From Desulfomonilia bacterium (GTDB lineage: Bacteria; Desulfobacterota; Desulfomonilia; UBA1062), in the NCBI GenBank assembly GCA_050014195.1, contig JBEKDT010000007.1:128001-192000 (forward strand): 64,000 nucleotides of DNA, read 5' to 3'. Numbering within the stretch: position 1 is the first letter of the stretch; the number at the start of each line of letters is the position of its first letter. Below are positions 51,914 to 62,372 of the stretch, one piece after another. The notes under the pieces are model-generated. The model did not search any database, was not told the origin of the DNA, and saw only the letters and a list, made by a program, of their open reading frames with translations. The position numbers and the translations under genes were made by a program.

Positions 51914-53775
51914 TTTTCATAAAACGGCATCGTAATCTCATATGCCCCGCTTGAGAGGCTGGATTTCACAGGAAGGCCCGATTTCTCAAAGACCTTCAAC
52001 ATGGACTTGTTCGATGCAAGCACATCTGCAGTAAACCCCTGAAGACCGCGTTCCTTTGCTACTCGTATGAGCATTTCCAAAAGATATGATGCGATCCCTA
52101 TGCCTTGGTATTCTTCATCAACGACAAAGGCTACGTCTCCATAGGGACGGTTCCTGTCCTTGACAAAACGTGCTTCTGCAATAATGTGCTCCTGGTCCAG
52201 GGGACCCACTAAAGCCACGATGGACAAGATACGGTTGCAATCCACATTTACATACTGCTGCATCTTCGCATGGGGCATGGTCTTGATTGGGCTGAAGTAA
52301 CGGTAATAAACGGCTTGGTCGGAGAAACGGTAAAAAAGGCGGCGCATCTCCTCTTCATCAGAAGGTTTAATGTGCCGGAACCTCACGTCGATACCGTTCT
52401 TGAAGGTATGCCGTGCATTGATATCCGAAGGATATAATGAAGCACATTGCGGCATGAATATCTGATCGGCGTAGAGGATGTTGTTCTTTTTGGCCTCTTC
52501 CACAAGCCGTTCTCTATCCTCAGGGTGAGCTATGTCGATAAGCGCCTGAGCTCGCTCTCTGACGGTTCTCCCCCGGAGATTGGCTACTCCGTATTCGGTA
52601 ACCACCATGTCTACGGACTCCCTTAAGCTCAGCAGGTTGGGGAATTCCTCGACCGACAGCAGGATATTGTGCTCTCCCTTGCGATTTCTGCTGGGCAGGG
52701 CAAAAATGGTGCAGCCTCCCTTTGAGAGTTCGGCTCCGTTGATGAAGTCCATAGCCTCTCCGGGTGTAGCTGCTACTGCGCCCTTTCCTATCTGCATGGC
52801 AATACGCCCTGAGATGTCCACCTTGCGGGCCGGTATGATGGCCATGAACTTCGGATTACGCCCGATCTGGACAGGGCTGAACACGAGGTCGATACCCTGA
52901 AACTCCACGTGCGGGTTCTTGTCGAGCCAGCGCATAAGCTCTTTTGTGCCAAAGGCATATGATGCCAGCGATTTGCCGCGATAGATGCCCTTGTTGCGGT
53001 TGGTCACGGCACCACTCTTGATGAGATCCATGAGAGCATCGGTGAAGAACGGGCTGTGGACGCCAAGATTACGCTTTGCCGTAAGGTGTCTGCCCAAGGC
53101 TTCATAAATAGGACCGAGAGAAAAGGATATGCAACTTCCGTCTTCGATGACCGAAGCTATATTGGCGGCCACCTGATCGAACACATCGTCTACCGGCCAA
53201 CGTGCAAGATAGAGCGGGCTATCCTCGGATTTCACGAGATGGTCGAACTCGTCTATGTGAATGAATGTGTCTCCATAGGTATAGGGAACCTTATCATTGA
53301 TCTCGCCCACTACGAGCTTTGCTTGCTCTATGGCCTGCCGGGCGACATCCACGGATACACCGAGGCTCACAAACCCTGCCTCGTTCGGCGGGGTGACCTG
53401 GATGAATGCTGCATCGATGGGGAGCTGGCCTGACTCGATGAGGGCGGGTATCCGTGAAAACCTGCTTGGTATGAGGTCCACAAGACCCCCGGTGATGGCA
53501 TCTCCGGCAACCCATCCTGAAAAGAAGGTTTTCAGCCTGAACTTTTGATTCTGCAGATCCTTCATGGTGATGAGGTCGCCCAGGCTCACAAGCTGAATAA
53601 GCTCGAGATCCTGCAGAGTCGGCAGATCAGAACTCATGAGGTACTTAACGAGCGTCCTGGGTTCGGCGACTCCGGTACCCAGGAAGATTTTCATGCCGGG
53701 TTCGATCTTTTCCATGACCTCAGCCGGGGTTATGACTTTCTTGTGCCACTGCATTGTATGGATTCCTCTTGTCAT
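51910..53775 (-). CDS. Acetyl-CoA hydrolase/CoA-transferase fused to GNAT
   Basis: GFVSLGVSVD, VVTEYGVANLRG..RERAQALI.IAHP; GNAT QGIGIA. Confidence 0.9.
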   Translation of the reverse strand: MTRGIHTMQWHKKVITPAEVMEKIEPGMKIFLGTGVAEPRTLVKYLMSSDLPTLQDLELIQLVSLGDLITMKDLQNQKFRLKTFFSGWVAGDAITGGLVDLIPSRFSRIPALIESGQLPIDAAFIQVTPPNEAGFVSLGVSVDVARQAIEQAKLVVGEINDKVPYTYGDTFIHIDEFDHLVKSEDSPLYLARWPVDDVFDQVAANIASVIEDGSCISFSLGPIYEALGRHLTAKRNLGVHSPFFTDALMDLIKSGAVTNRNKGIYRGKSLASYAFGTKELMRWLDKNPHVEFQGIDLVFSPVQIGRNPKFMAIIPARKVDISGRIAMQIGKGAVAATPGEAMDFINGAELSKGGCTIFALPSRNRKGEHNILLSVEEFPNLLSLRESVDMVVTEYGVANLRGRTVRERAQALIDIAHPEDRERLVEEAKKNNILYADQIFMPQCASLYPSDINARHTFKNGIDVRFRHIKPSDEEEMRRLFYRFSDQAVYYRYFSPIKTMPHAKMQQYVNVDCNRILSIVALVGPLDQEHIIAEARFVKDRNRPYGDVAFVVDEEYQGIGIASYLLEMLIRVAKERGLQGFTADVLASNKSMLKVFEKSGLPVKSSLSSGAYEITMPFYEK

Positions 53776-53845
53776 GATATTAAACCTAATTCACCTATAA
53801 TGGCATCAGCATATTTTGAAAAGGGGTGAAAATAAATCTGCACAT

Positions 53846-53885
53846 AAAAAAGCCGCCGCCTCATTTTCAAGGATGAGGCGGCGGG
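53846..53885 (-). terminator. Rho-independent terminator after the PPase gene
   Basis: CCGCCGCCTCAT / ATGAGGCGGCGG stem followed by a U-tract on the minus strand. Confidence 0.85.
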
Positions 53886-53910
53886 TCCTGGTGACTGAGT
53901 TTTGTAAGAT

Positions 53911-56349
53911 TTACTTCTTGATCGAAACGCCGGTAATCCGCATACCGTAGAACGAACGGTATACGAAAATAAGGGCGATAACGAAGAACACAACTGCAAG
54001 GCCGGTCCTGAGGCCGGTATTCGTCATGGTTACGGCGATTTCCGTAGCGAGAAGACCGAACAGTGTCGTGAACTTGATGACCGGGTTCAGAGACACCGAA
54101 GAGGTATCTTTGAAAGGATCGCCTACCGTGTCTCCCACAACCGTTGCCTCATGCAGCGGGGTGTTCTTCTCTTTCAGGTCCACCTCGACGATCTTCTTGG
54201 CATTATCCCAGCATCCGCCGGCATTTGCCATGAAGATTGCCTGGAAGAGCCCGAAGAAGGCGATGGCGATGAGGTAGCCCACGAAGAAGTAGGGGTTGAA
54301 GAAGGACAGACTCAGTGCCATGAAGAAGATGACCACAAAGATGTTGATCATACCCTTCTGGGCGTAGATCGTGCAGATCTTCACGACTTCCTTGCTGTCT
54401 TCAATGGAGGCCGTCTTGCTGAGATCAATCTTTTCCTTGATGTACACGACGGCGCGGTAAGATCCGGTTACAACGGCCTGGATGGAGGCGCCGGTAAACC
54501 AGTAGATCACGCAGCCGCCCATCAAAAGGCCGATAATGATTTCGGGCTGGATAAGACTTAATTTGGCAGCAACGTTGCCAAAGATACGCTCGAGCAGGAT
54601 GATGATGCCGAACACCATGGTTGTGGCTCCTACGACTGCCGTTCCAATGAGCACCGGCTTGGCTGTTGCCTTAAAGGTGTTGCCCGCACCGTCGCAGGAC
54701 TCGAGATAGTGCTTGGCATGCTCGAAGTCCGGTGTGAAGCCGAAGTCTTTCTTTATCTCTTCCTTGACGTTCGGCACTGACTCAATCATGGAGAGCTCGT
54801 AGATGGACTGGGCGTTGTCGGATACCGGGCCGAAGCTGTCCACCGCGATCGTCACCGGCCCCATGCCGAGGAAACCGAAGGCCACCAGACCGAAGGCAAA
54901 CACTGGGGCTGCGAAGACGAACTCTGCAGGCATAAGTGCCATGATCGAAGCGTTCTTTGAAACCAGGTATGCGATCAGCATCAGCATCAGGATGATCAAC
55001 CCCTCCCAGAAGGCCGAGAAGTTACCGGCAACGAGGCCTGAGAGGATGTTCAGGGAAGCGCCGCCCTGGCGGGATGCATTCATGACCTCTTCACAATGGC
55101 GGGATTTAGTGCTGGTGAATACCTTGGTGAATTCCGGGATCAGGGCGCCGGCGATGGTGCCGCAGCTGATGATCACGGAAAGGGCCCACCACAGGTCACC
55201 GTATTTCACGGGGTCAAGGTCGCCAAGCAGGACATAGCTTGCACAAAAGGTTACGAAGATGGAAATAGCTGAGGTTATCCAAACTAGATTCGTTAAAGGA
55301 TGTTCGAAGTCGAATTCGACCTTGCCTTTGAAGAGCGAAGTGCTCAAGGCTGTATTGAAGAAGTAGGAGACGAGTGAGGTCAGGATCATAAGGATACGCA
55401 TTGCGAATATCCAGACGATCAGTTTGCCGCCCATTTCCTGATTGCCGAACAGTGCCAGGGCCAGGAAGGAGATGAGGGCAACACCGGTCACACCGTAGGT
55501 TTCAAAGCCATCGGCCGTGGGGCCGACACTGTCGCCGGCATTGTCACCCGTACAGTCGGCGATAACACCGGGGTTTTTGGGGTCGTCCTCAGGGAGGTGA
55601 AACACGATCTTCATGAGGTCGGACCCGATGTCGGCGATCTTGGTGAAGATACCGCCGCAGATCCTCAGTGCGCTCGCACCCAGAGACTCGCCGATGGCGA
55701 ACCCGATGAAGCAAGGCCCGGCAAGCTCTTTGGGGATATAGGCAAGGATCAGGATCATGAAGAAGAGCTCAACACTCACCAAGAGCAGGCCGACGCTCAT
55801 GCCTGAGCGGAGGCAGATGTTGACAATGTCAAGAGGTGCACCTTTCAGTGATGCAAAGGCCGCCCTTGAATTGGCAACGGTATTTATCCTGATGCCGAAC
55901 CAGGCAACACCGTAGGAGCCCATAATCCCTGCTATGGAACATATAAGGATAATGATGATGCTGGATGCTGGTGCGCCCTGGAGTCCATAGAAATAATAAA
56001 CGATACACGCTGCGATGAGTACCCACAGGCCCGCCAGGAACTTGCCCTGCTGTGCCAGATAGGTCTTACACGTTTCCCAAATGGTGTTGGAAACGGAAAG
56101 CATGGAGGCGTGAGCCGGAAGGTTCTTGGTCTGTACATACTGCATGAGACCGAAGAGCAAACCGATGGCACATACCACCAACCCGATATTGAGAATTGTT
56201 AATCCACCGAGGGTGTTGCCTATGAATGCCACATTCGACAGATCAGGAAGCTTGATGTCCGCTTCCCCTGCAAAGGCAACAGGCACCATGGAGAACATAG
56301 CACCCATGGCCAACATGAAAGACCATAAACTAAGCTTTGCTTTACTCAT
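53911..56349 (-). CDS. hppA: Membrane-integral pyrophosphatase (ion-translocating), divergent clade
   Basis: GGIFTKIADIGSDL, DNAGD, GNTFKA, GGCWDNAKK, GDTVGDPFKD. Confidence 0.95.
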   Translation of the reverse strand: MSKAKLSLWSFMLAMGAMFSMVPVAFAGEADIKLPDLSNVAFIGNTLGGLTILNIGLVVCAIGLLFGLMQYVQTKNLPAHASMLSVSNTIWETCKTYLAQQGKFLAGLWVLIAACIVYYFYGLQGAPASSIIIILICSIAGIMGSYGVAWFGIRINTVANSRAAFASLKGAPLDIVNICLRSGMSVGLLLVSVELFFMILILAYIPKELAGPCFIGFAIGESLGASALRICGGIFTKIADIGSDLMKIVFHLPEDDPKNPGVIADCTGDNAGDSVGPTADGFETYGVTGVALISFLALALFGNQEMGGKLIVWIFAMRILMILTSLVSYFFNTALSTSLFKGKVEFDFEHPLTNLVWITSAISIFVTFCASYVLLGDLDPVKYGDLWWALSVIISCGTIAGALIPEFTKVFTSTKSRHCEEVMNASRQGGASLNILSGLVAGNFSAFWEGLIILMLMLIAYLVSKNASIMALMPAEFVFAAPVFAFGLVAFGFLGMGPVTIAVDSFGPVSDNAQSIYELSMIESVPNVKEEIKKDFGFTPDFEHAKHYLESCDGAGNTFKATAKPVLIGTAVVGATTMVFGIIILLERIFGNVAAKLSLIQPEIIIGLLMGGCVIYWFTGASIQAVVTGSYRAVVYIKEKIDLSKTASIEDSKEVVKICTIYAQKGMINIFVVIFFMALSLSFFNPYFFVGYLIAIAFFGLFQAIFMANAGGCWDNAKKIVEVDLKEKNTPLHEATVVGDTVGDPFKDTSSVSLNPVIKFTTLFGLLATEIAVTMTNTGLRTGLAVVFFVIALIFVYRSFYGMRITGVSIKK

Positions 56350-56549
56350 GTCTCATCTCCTTGTTTATTGGTCACTACATTGATACGCCCCTATAACAGG
56401 CGCATTTCTATCCTACCTAGCTCCATTAAGATTATCTTATAATTATCTGATATATGCAGCATAAGCACATGTTCGTGCTTTGATAGACACTACCCCTCTC
56501 CTCAATTCACTCTGCACCTTCATGAGTGAATCATCATTCAGCCCACGAA

Positions 56550-56578
56550 AAGGTACAATAGGTCTTGTTCACTGTCAA
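56550..56578 (-). promoter_or_regulatory. sigma70-type promoter TTGACA-N17-TACCTT for hppA
   Basis: Read on the minus strand ~200 bp upstream of the start codon. Confidence 0.55.
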
Positions 56579-56685
56579 GGCTTTTTTTATGGCTGAGATG
56601 TAATCGATTCACAGAGTTATTCAAATAACTGTTTAATAAGAGAACAGTATTCCAGCATCAATAAAATCCGGTGCATGTCCTCAAA

Positions 56686-57954
56686 TCACTGTCTTAAATA
56701 TTGCATGGTTCCGTCCTGGATGACAGCGACCTTGGCCTCGTTCGGGTAGTCTTTTCCTAGAATTGCAAGTACTTCCGGCCATGTCTTTACTGTTGTAGCA
56801 TCATCAGGGTGGCAAATCAGATCGAGGCCTGTCCTATCGGGGTGAGGATTCAGAACAATGAGTTTTTTCATAAGGAGTTGAACGAACCCTAAAGAACGGT
56901 GGCTGTAGTGCCTTCCGCCATAGTCTGAACCCCAGGCCCTCATCACATAGTGGGGGACTTGTCCTTCGGGTGCATCGGAGATGAGCACGGCAGTGCCCTG
57001 GGCTCCGGGCTTGAGTGTCTGGAGCGCAAGGAGCAACGCGATGGCCGACTCGCTGGCCTTTGCGTAAGAATTGCATACAACAATGTCATAGCCTGTTGAA
57101 AAGGGTATTCCATAGTGATCTTTGGCTTCTTGGGCGCCTGCGGCATGGGTGGCCCGGAAGGTGCCTGTATAAAGATCGGTGATCTGCCCTTTGCGGTTAA
57201 TGAGGCAGTCGAGTTTGAAATTGAGCCCTGCCATGTCGCCTGCAGCATCACATTCTGCACGCATGATATTGTTTTCAAAGTTACCAAGACCGGTCCGGCC
57301 CGGGTCTCGAAAAAGCTGGTTGTGAAACTGGTTGATGGTTTCGATCCCTGCCACACCCGGCATGATGAGTTTAGCCCCACCGCCGAATCCCACATGAACA
57401 TGAGCGGTTATGCACCCGATGCCAATCTTCAGGTCGCAGGCCATGAACTCCCGGTTAAACCAGACCTCCACGCCTGTGGGAGTCCTACCTGCCCGGATGG
57501 TGTTCTGAAAGGGGTCGTGGTTGTAAACGGCGTATTTTTCTACGATCTCATCTCCAAGTTTCTTCCTGGCATTGATCATGTCATAGGCGCCGTGCGAGCC
57601 GAGTGCCCATAAAAATCGGATTTGGTCCCGCTTCATGCCAGCCCCGTGGAGAATATCCAGGACAAACGGCGCAACATCCTTGACCGGGGTAGGCCTGGTC
57701 ATATCGTCGAATACGATGACTGCCTGCTTCTTGGCGTGAGCGAGAGCTGTGAGGGTAGGGCCGTCAATGGGATGGTCGACCTTCTCCTTAATCTGCTCTG
57801 AGGTGAGCCCGGGTTTGTCGAGACCGGGGGAGGTGAGGTTGGTCACATCCCACCTGGCCGGAAAAGTGAGCTCACGCTCGGCGTTTCCGTACCAGAGGCG
57901 TGAGGGGACGGATATTTTCTTCATGGCAGACCCCCATTCGTCTACGTGCTGCAT
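56686..57954 (-). CDS. LarA-superfamily nickel-pincer racemase/epimerase
   Basis: DDMTRPTP, ALGSH, H..VGFGGG.K..PG. Confidence 0.85.
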   Translation of the reverse strand: MQHVDEWGSAMKKISVPSRLWYGNAERELTFPARWDVTNLTSPGLDKPGLTSEQIKEKVDHPIDGPTLTALAHAKKQAVIVFDDMTRPTPVKDVAPFVLDILHGAGMKRDQIRFLWALGSHGAYDMINARKKLGDEIVEKYAVYNHDPFQNTIRAGRTPTGVEVWFNREFMACDLKIGIGCITAHVHVGFGGGAKLIMPGVAGIETINQFHNQLFRDPGRTGLGNFENNIMRAECDAAGDMAGLNFKLDCLINRKGQITDLYTGTFRATHAAGAQEAKDHYGIPFSTGYDIVVCNSYAKASESAIALLLALQTLKPGAQGTAVLISDAPEGQVPHYVMRAWGSDYGGRHYSHRSLGFVQLLMKKLIVLNPHPDRTGLDLICHPDDATTVKTWPEVLAILGKDYPNEAKVAVIQDGTMQYLRQ

Positions 57955-58008
57955 AGAGAACCAGCACTTGAAAAACTTATCTTTTGCTGCATCATCTCAC
58001 AAAAATCA

Positions 58009-58776
58009 TCAGCCGGTAAGTCCGAGCTGGCTCGAGACCTGATGGGAAGTGAACTTAACGGCCTCGATAATGTCCTTATGGCGTTTTGCGATGTTATCAG
58101 GATTGCCCGTGATAGCGAAGGCCGCGATGATCGCACCGGTGTGGTTGAAAATGGGCCCGCCGATGCCGGCCAGACCATTAATGGACTCCTGGTTGTCGAA
58201 GCTCACACCGGAAGTCCTGACCAGTTCGAGTTCTTCAAGGAAACGCTTACGCGTGGTAATGGTGTTGGGTGTCAGTTGTTCGAAGCGGTAATCGGCAAGG
58301 AGGAGGTCCCTTTTGGCGGGATCCATATGGGCGATGAGCATCTTGCCGATGCATGTCGAGTGCATGGGGATTACCGAGCCTGCCTGAGGGAATACCATAT
58401 AACGGTTCTCCGGCTCGATGCGCATGACGATCGTGACCTTGTCGCCCACGAGCATTCCCAGGTTGACCGGCTCCATGAATTGGAAGCAGAGCCGCTCCAT
58501 CCATGCCCGGCCGATGGTGACCAGGTCCATGTTGGTGGCACACTTCATCCCGAGTTGGAAGAGTTGGGGGCCGAGGCGGTACTTACTCGTGAAAGGGTCT
58601 TTCTCCAGGTAACCGATGGCCTCGAGTGTGGCCACAATGCTCGCAATGGTCGTCTTCGCAAGACCAAGCCGTTTGGAAAACTCGGTGATGCCGAGTGATT
58701 TCTTCTCATCGATGAACAAGGCCAAAATGTCTGAGGCCCGTTTGATGGATTGGATCAATCGCTTTCCCTGTTTCAT
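58009..58776 (-). CDS. IclR family regulator
   Basis: QSIKRA..GLAKTT HTH; PMHSTCIGK; TPNTIT. Confidence 0.93.
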   Translation of the reverse strand: MKQGKRLIQSIKRASDILALFIDEKKSLGITEFSKRLGLAKTTIASIVATLEAIGYLEKDPFTSKYRLGPQLFQLGMKCATNMDLVTIGRAWMERLCFQFMEPVNLGMLVGDKVTIVMRIEPENRYMVFPQAGSVIPMHSTCIGKMLIAHMDPAKRDLLLADYRFEQLTPNTITTRKRFLEELELVRTSGVSFDNQESINGLAGIGGPIFNHTGAIIAAFAITGNPDNIAKRHKDIIEAVKFTSHQVSSQLGLTG

Positions 58777-59149
58777 ATGCTCACTACGTATGCGGGTTGT
58801 TTTAAAGAGTATAGCCCATGGTTAAAGAATGAGGAAGGTGATATTTTCTTTTCGGGCATGGATGCATGATGCTGTTTCATTGAAAATCTTCTCCATATCA
58901 TACGCTTCAGTGGTTTTGCGATTGACATGAATGATGAAAAAAACGCAATATATCAGAACGAGGTACGACATTATCGAACACTGCCAAGGGTAAATATGCC
59001 GGCAATGAATACGAGATCGCTCTCAAAAGTAGTGCAGGAGAAGAATGAAGAGTATGATATAATAGTACTGATACAAGCACTAATGTATTTAATAATTCGG
59101 TATATAACAGATGCCTTTGAAGGCACCTTAGTATGATGAAGGAGCTTAC

Positions 59150-60268
59150 ATGACGTTAATTCAGGAATTCCAGCGAGTATCTTCCGATCCCCACGGCTAT
59201 GCCCGGAAAATGAAGGGCCAAGGGAAAAAGTGCATTGGATATTTTTGCTCCTATACCCCGGAAGAGATTATCCATGCAGCAGGCATCCACCCGTTGAGGC
59301 TTTTCGGCGCAAAGGATGACACCAGCATTGCTGACAGGCATCTCCAGGCCTACTGCTGCTCTCTCGTAAGGGGTGCACTCGCAGATGTACTTTCCGGAAG
59401 GCTTAACTATCTTGACGGTGCGGTATTTCCCCATACATGCGATTCCATCCAGAGGTTGTCGGATATCTGGAGGCTGAACACGGCATTTCGTTTCTTTGCC
59501 GATATCGTGCTGCCGGTCAAGCTTACGACCGAAAGCTCCAGGCAGTATCTCGAGGATGTTCTCAGAAAATTCAAGGCCGATCTTGAAAAGGGTTTTTCCA
59601 TCACCATCACCGATGATGACCTCGGAAAATCAATACACACGTACAATATCATCCGCTCATCACTGGAAACTCTTTATGAGATGCACTCGAAGGACACCTC
59701 GCTGTTAACCGGCAGCGATCTGAATGCCATTGTCCGGGCCTCCATGATCCTCGATCGGGGAAAGGCTGCTCAAATGCTGGAAGATCTCGTGCAAGGGCTC
59801 AAGGGGCCATTGCCCGAAACTAAAGTTTCAAGGAAAAGGGTCATGCTTGTGGGCAGTGTCTGCGACCAGCCGGATATATACGATTTACTCGAGCGTGCAG
59901 GGGCGGTGGTTGTATGGGACGATCTGTGCACAGGGTCGAGGTACTTTGAAGGGGCGATCAGCGAAGAGGGCGATCCCATGACGGCAATAGCCGATAGGTA
60001 TTTTAGCCGGATTATCTGTCCGGCCAAGCATTCATCTATTACAGGCCGTGGTGAGAAACTCGTGAAATATTCACAGGGGCATAAAGTCCAAGGGGTTATC
60101 TTCCTCCAGCTCAAGTTCTGCGACCCACACAGCTTCGACTATCCTTATCTCAAGGAGTACCTCGATAAGGAGAACATACCCAGTATGTTGCTTGAGATCG
60201 AAGGCCAGCTCCCGCCCGAGGGACAGTTGCTGACACGGTTCGAGACCTTTGTACAGATGCTTTCATGA
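59150..60268 (+). CDS. 2-hydroxyacyl-CoA dehydratase / benzoyl-CoA reductase subunit (HgdB/BcrC-like)
   Basis: CSYTPEEII.A, PHTCD, DDLCTGSR, KFCDP. Confidence 0.88.
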   Translation: MTLIQEFQRVSSDPHGYARKMKGQGKKCIGYFCSYTPEEIIHAAGIHPLRLFGAKDDTSIADRHLQAYCCSLVRGALADVLSGRLNYLDGAVFPHTCDSIQRLSDIWRLNTAFRFFADIVLPVKLTTESSRQYLEDVLRKFKADLEKGFSITITDDDLGKSIHTYNIIRSSLETLYEMHSKDTSLLTGSDLNAIVRASMILDRGKAAQMLEDLVQGLKGPLPETKVSRKRVMLVGSVCDQPDIYDLLERAGAVVVWDDLCTGSRYFEGAISEEGDPMTAIADRYFSRIICPAKHSSITGRGEKLVKYSQGHKVQGVIFLQLKFCDPHSFDYPYLKEYLDKENIPSMLLEIEGQLPPEGQLLTRFETFVQMLS

Positions 60269-60340
60269 GTGACTGGTGGATAGTGATTAGTGGCTGGTGA
60301 ATTGTGACTAGCTTATATATAGGAGCGGCTTGAGCCGCGA
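60268..60340 (+). repeat. Six heptamer repeats followed by a REP-like palindrome
   Basis: agtgact ggtggat agtgatt agtggct ggtgaat tgtgact; ATAGGAGCGGCTTGAGCCGCGA 60319-60340. Confidence 0.6.
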
Positions 60341-60358
60341 GAGAGATGAGGTGAGATA

Positions 60359-61594
60359 ATGAGCACCCCCGATGCTGATAAGAAAATGAGGAAGTTCAGA
60401 TCCGCCAAGCGGATGCGGGAGATCATGACCGAGTACTACATCGATGCCAAGTCGGCATCACAGACGGGAAAGAAGGTGGCCTGGATCACCAGCGGCGGGC
60501 CCGTTGAGCCACTCATTGTCATGGACGTGATACCGGTCTATCCCGAGAACTATGGTGCAATGATCGGGGCCTCCCACATGGGGAGCGATCTCTGTGAGAA
60601 AGCGGAGGCTCTGGGCTACAGCACCGACCTGTGCTCATACGCAAGGGCGGACATCGCCTGCGCCCGAGAGAACGGAGGGCCCATCGGCGGCCTGCCGAAG
60701 CCCGACATGCTCATCTGCTGCAACAACATCTGCGGGACCGTTCTCAAATGGTATGAGGTGCATGCCCGCTATTTCAATGTACCTCTCTTCATCTTCGATA
60801 CACCCTTCTGCCATACCGAGTTTCCGGAGGTGGCAAGGACATATGTGCGCAAGCAGCTCGATGAATACGTTGCGTTTCTCAAACAGACATGCGGAAAGCC
60901 CTTTGATACGGACAAGAGCATGGAAGTAGGGCGGCTTTCCATAGAAGGCCAGCGGCTCTGGCAGGCCGTGCTCGATACGGCAGCGCACAAGCCCGCCCCC
61001 ATGACGGCTTTCGATGCCTTCTTCTTCCTGGCCCTCATCGTTACATTACGGGGGACAAAGACCGTTGTGGACTTCTATAAAGAGCTCCTTGCAGAGATGA
61101 ATGAACGCGTCGAACAAGGTATCTGGGCGCTGCCGAACGAGAGATACAGGCTCCTCTGGGATAATCTGCCCGTGTGGTACCGTCTTAAATGGCTCTCGGA
61201 TACGTTTGCATCTCATGACGCCTGCCTTGTGGCCGACACCTATACAACCGCCTGGTGCGGCTCAATGAAGTATATTGATGAGAACAACTTCTTTGACTCC
61301 ATGGCTGAGGCCTACACCCGCATATACCTCAATATCGGCATTGACGAGATGGCAAAGACCATCTTTCAGATGATAGACAAGTACGAGGTCGACGGCATGG
61401 TGATGCATTCCAACAGGAGCTGCAAACCGTATTCCTTCGGCCAGTATGATATCCAAAAGATGATCCAGGAGCAAAAGGGTATCCCGTGCATGATGCTGGA
61501 GTCGCATATGGTGGATGAGCGGAGCTTTTCCGAAAGCCAGGCAAGTACGCGCATCGATGCATTCATGGAGATCATCAAACAGAGGAAGGGATAA
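60359..61594 (+). CDS. 2-hydroxyacyl-CoA dehydratase / benzoyl-CoA reductase subunit (HgdA/BcrB-like)
   Basis: YPEN, GYSTDLCSY, PKPD..NNIC, RSCK. Confidence 0.88.
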   Translation: MSTPDADKKMRKFRSAKRMREIMTEYYIDAKSASQTGKKVAWITSGGPVEPLIVMDVIPVYPENYGAMIGASHMGSDLCEKAEALGYSTDLCSYARADIACARENGGPIGGLPKPDMLICCNNICGTVLKWYEVHARYFNVPLFIFDTPFCHTEFPEVARTYVRKQLDEYVAFLKQTCGKPFDTDKSMEVGRLSIEGQRLWQAVLDTAAHKPAPMTAFDAFFFLALIVTLRGTKTVVDFYKELLAEMNERVEQGIWALPNERYRLLWDNLPVWYRLKWLSDTFASHDACLVADTYTTAWCGSMKYIDENNFFDSMAEAYTRIYLNIGIDEMAKTIFQMIDKYEVDGMVMHSNRSCKPYSFGQYDIQKMIQEQKGIPCMMLESHMVDERSFSESQASTRIDAFMEIIKQRKG

Positions 61595-61607
61595 AGGGGG
61601 TATCACT

Positions 61608-62372
61608 ATGGGTATGATCAGGTATGGACTCGAAGACAGGGTATTTGTTGTGACGGGCGGGAGCAGGGGAATCGGACTGGAATTAACAAAGGAGCTGATC
61701 AACCAGGGGGCCAAGGTCGCCATATGCGGCAGGAAGCAGGCGGCCCTGGATGCAGCCCTTGAAACCATTGATGCCGGAGAAAGGGTCATCGCGGTAAGCG
61801 CCCATATCGCCAGAGAAGAAGATGTTGATAAGATGTTCAATATGATAATCGCCAAGTTCAAAAGAGTCGATGCCCTCATTAACAACGTAGGAATGAATCT
61901 CCTCACCCCTGATATCGCCGATACCGAGATTGCTATATGGCAAAAGATCATGGATACGAATCTGAACGGGACTTTCCTCTGCTCCAGGCGGGCTGCAAGA
62001 ATTATGCGGGAGCAGAAAAAGGGTAAGATTGTAAGCATCTCATCCATTGCAGGCAGGAAGGCATCTCCTGCCATGGGTATATACGGCATTGCCAAGGCCG
62101 GGGTTGAGATGCTTACAAAAGTTTTGGCGGCTGAACTTGCCCAGTTCGGCATCCAGGTCAATGCCGTGGCGCCCTCCATGGTGAAAACCGAATTCAGCAA
62201 GCCCTTCTGGTCGAATGACATCATCCATGATCAGATCGTCAAAGGTATCCCTTTAGGCCGTATTGCAGAGCCAAAAGATGTTGTACATCCGGTACTCTTT
62301 TTGGCATCCGATGCCGCGGATTTCATCACAGGACAGACCATTCTCGTGGACGGTGGAGCCACTGCAATCTAA
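61608..62372 (+). CDS. SDR family oxidoreductase
   Basis: TGGSRGIG, NNVG, YGIAK, VDGG. Confidence 0.93.
   Translation: MGMIRYGLEDRVFVVTGGSRGIGLELTKELINQGAKVAICGRKQAALDAALETIDAGERVIAVSAHIAREEDVDKMFNMIIAKFKRVDALINNVGMNLLTPDIADTEIAIWQKIMDTNLNGTFLCSRRAARIMREQKKGKIVSISSIAGRKASPAMGIYGIAKAGVEMLTKVLAAELAQFGIQVNAVAPSMVKTEFSKPFWSNDIIHDQIVKGIPLGRIAEPKDVVHPVLFLASDAADFITGQTILVDGGATAI

Noticed and set aside
57946-58698. 250-aa plus-strand ORF (and similar long antisense ORFs at 39134, 61262, 32745)
   Set aside because: Antisense shadows of well-supported genes.
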